Positions 62,572 to 64,000 of a DNA stretch of 64,000 nt are shown in pieces. The notes below the pieces were generated by a model, which made no database searches, was not told where the DNA came from, and saw only the letters and a list, made by a program, of their open reading frames with translations. Origin of the DNA: an uncultured Chloroflexia bacterium (lineage in GTDB: Bacteria > Chloroflexota > Limnocylindria > Limnocylindrales > CSP1-4). Within the stretch, counting starts at the first letter, position 1. Every line of letters starts with the position of its first letter. The stretch lies in assembly GCA_963765245.1 (NCBI GenBank), contig CAVXVP010000033.1, positions 21,104-85,103 on the forward strand, read 5' to 3'. Position numbers and translations under genes: made by a program.

Positions 62572-63444
62572 ACGAACGTCCGCTCGATACGACCATCCCT
62601 GTCGCCGCGGGACCGCGACCCCTTCGACGGGCCTTGCGAGACGGCGCGGTGATCGCCGGCCTCCTGTTCACGGCCTACCTCTTCGTCATCGTGGCGCCCG
62701 TCCAGCAGACGGTCGGGTTCGATGCGTTCGCCTACTGGAATGTGAACGGCGCCGATCCTTACCAGACGGGCGTCGGGGGACTCGGAGCCTTCAACTACAC
62801 GCCACCGATCGCGCGTCTGTTCGATCCGTTCGGCGCGCTGGCGTGGCCGACCTTCCTGTGGCTGTGGCTCGCGCTCTTGATCGGCAACGTCATCTGGCTT
62901 GGCGGACGCGGCCACCGGATCATCTGGCTGCTGGCATTCCCGCCGGTCGCGCTCGAGCTCTATGAAAGCAACATCCACCTGTGGATCGCTGCCGCGATCG
63001 CGCTGGGGTTCCGCTATCCGTGGACCTGGGGGTTCGTGCTGCTGACGAAGGTGACGCCGGGTGTCGGCCTGCTCTGGTTCGCCGTCCGGCGCGAATGGCG
63101 GGCACTGGGCATCGCGCTGGGCGTCACCGGCGGCGATCGTGGCGGTCTCGCTGCTCGTCAACGGCCAGCTCTGGATCGACTGGGTGTCGTTCATCGTCTC
63201 GACGCCGGAGGGCGGCTCGGTCGCGCAATTCCAGATCCCGATCCCGCTGTGGCTCCGCCTGCCCGTCGCGGCCGTGCTGGTGGTCTGGGGCGCGCGCACG
63301 GACCGACGCTGGACGGTGCCGGTGGCGGCGACGCTGGCGTTGCCGGTGTTGTGGGTGAGCGGGTTTGCGATCTGCGCGGCGTTGGCGAGTGACGGGCTGT
63401 CGCGGGAGCGATGGATCGAGGGCCACGTGCGGCGGAGTCTTTGA
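62568..63444 (+). CDS. GT87/DUF2029-family glycosyltransferase (frameshift near 63130)
   Basis: DAFAYW, FNYTPP, NIH, LTKVTPG. Confidence 0.78.
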
Positions 63445-63626
63445 CGATGGCGTGGCATTTCGGGGCACGCTTCGCCGACCCATCCTTCCGCCCTGTCAAT
63501 GGCTGGTACCCTCGGTACGTGTCGAGGACACGTCTCATCGAGGGCGAGGGTTCCGTGAGACGCAGGCCTCGGCGTCCAGCTCGACTCGATCCCGGTGGCG
63601 TCAGCGATAACGACAGACGAGGTCCC

Positions 63627-64000
63627 TTGCGACACGGTAGCCTCGCCGCCCCCAAGGGCCTCGGCGCCGGCGACATATGGGCGCTGGCGGGCCTCTTAGT
63701 AGTAGGGATGGCGATTCCCCTGGCCCTTGCCGCCGCCGCCGGCGCGATCGGCCTCCCGAGCAACGACGACTGGGTCTATCGGCGAGCGGCGGATAGCCTG
63801 TTTCGCACCGGCGTGGTGGACATGCCGGGGCACACGGCGTCCGCGATCGGCCAGATCGCACTGATCCAGCCCTTCCTGTGGTTGTCACGCGGTGAGCCCT
63901 GGGCGTTCCTGGCGTTCGGGCTGACGATGTCCTCGATCGGGATCGCTTCAACGTACTTGCTCGCTCGCCGGTTCATCGCGATGGCTTGGGCGGTCCTCGT
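63627..64000 (+). CDS. Probable GT-C glycosyltransferase, 5' part (runs off the window)
   Basis: TTG after GAGG; TM helix, then NDDWVY, IGQ, and STYLLARRF. Open to the window end. Confidence 0.6.
   Translation, partial: MRHGSLAAPKGLGAGDIWALAGLLVVGMAIPLALAAAAGAIGLPSNDDWVYRRAADSLFRTGVVDMPGHTASAIGQIALIQPFLWLSRGEPWAFLAFGLTMSSIGIASTYLLARRFIAMAWAVL

Overview
High-GC bacterial chromosome segment, probably near the replication origin (three parS sites beside parAB). Gene content and style suggest a monoderm such as Chloroflexota (inference). Many conserved genes carry single-base frameshifts, most likely long-read indel errors. Left to right: 5' end of secA; a minus-strand parA-parB-gyrB-thioesterase-AlkD-like-gyrA-prs run; parS x3; mreD-mrdA-rodA; Na+/H+ antiporter; J-domain protein; AI-2E transporter; rplU-rpmA-rpmE; prfA-prmC-HAD-tsaC; PLP enzyme; glyA; MraY/WecA-like gene; the full atp operon; murA (Cys-to-Asp form); mreB; two XRE genes; nfo-hpf-comF; a Tad pilus locus with four flp pilin genes; an atypical DegS/DegU-like pair; and a run of GT-C-type membrane glycosyltransferases. 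The most unusual region is 52.3-55.9 kb. The pilin cassette is bracketed by a 21-bp inverted repeat (20/21 match). It lies downstream of a kinase that has lost its ATP-binding motifs, a response regulator with a YxGPDRR (c-di-GMP-binding-like) N-terminal motif, and an orphan kinase C-terminal fragment.
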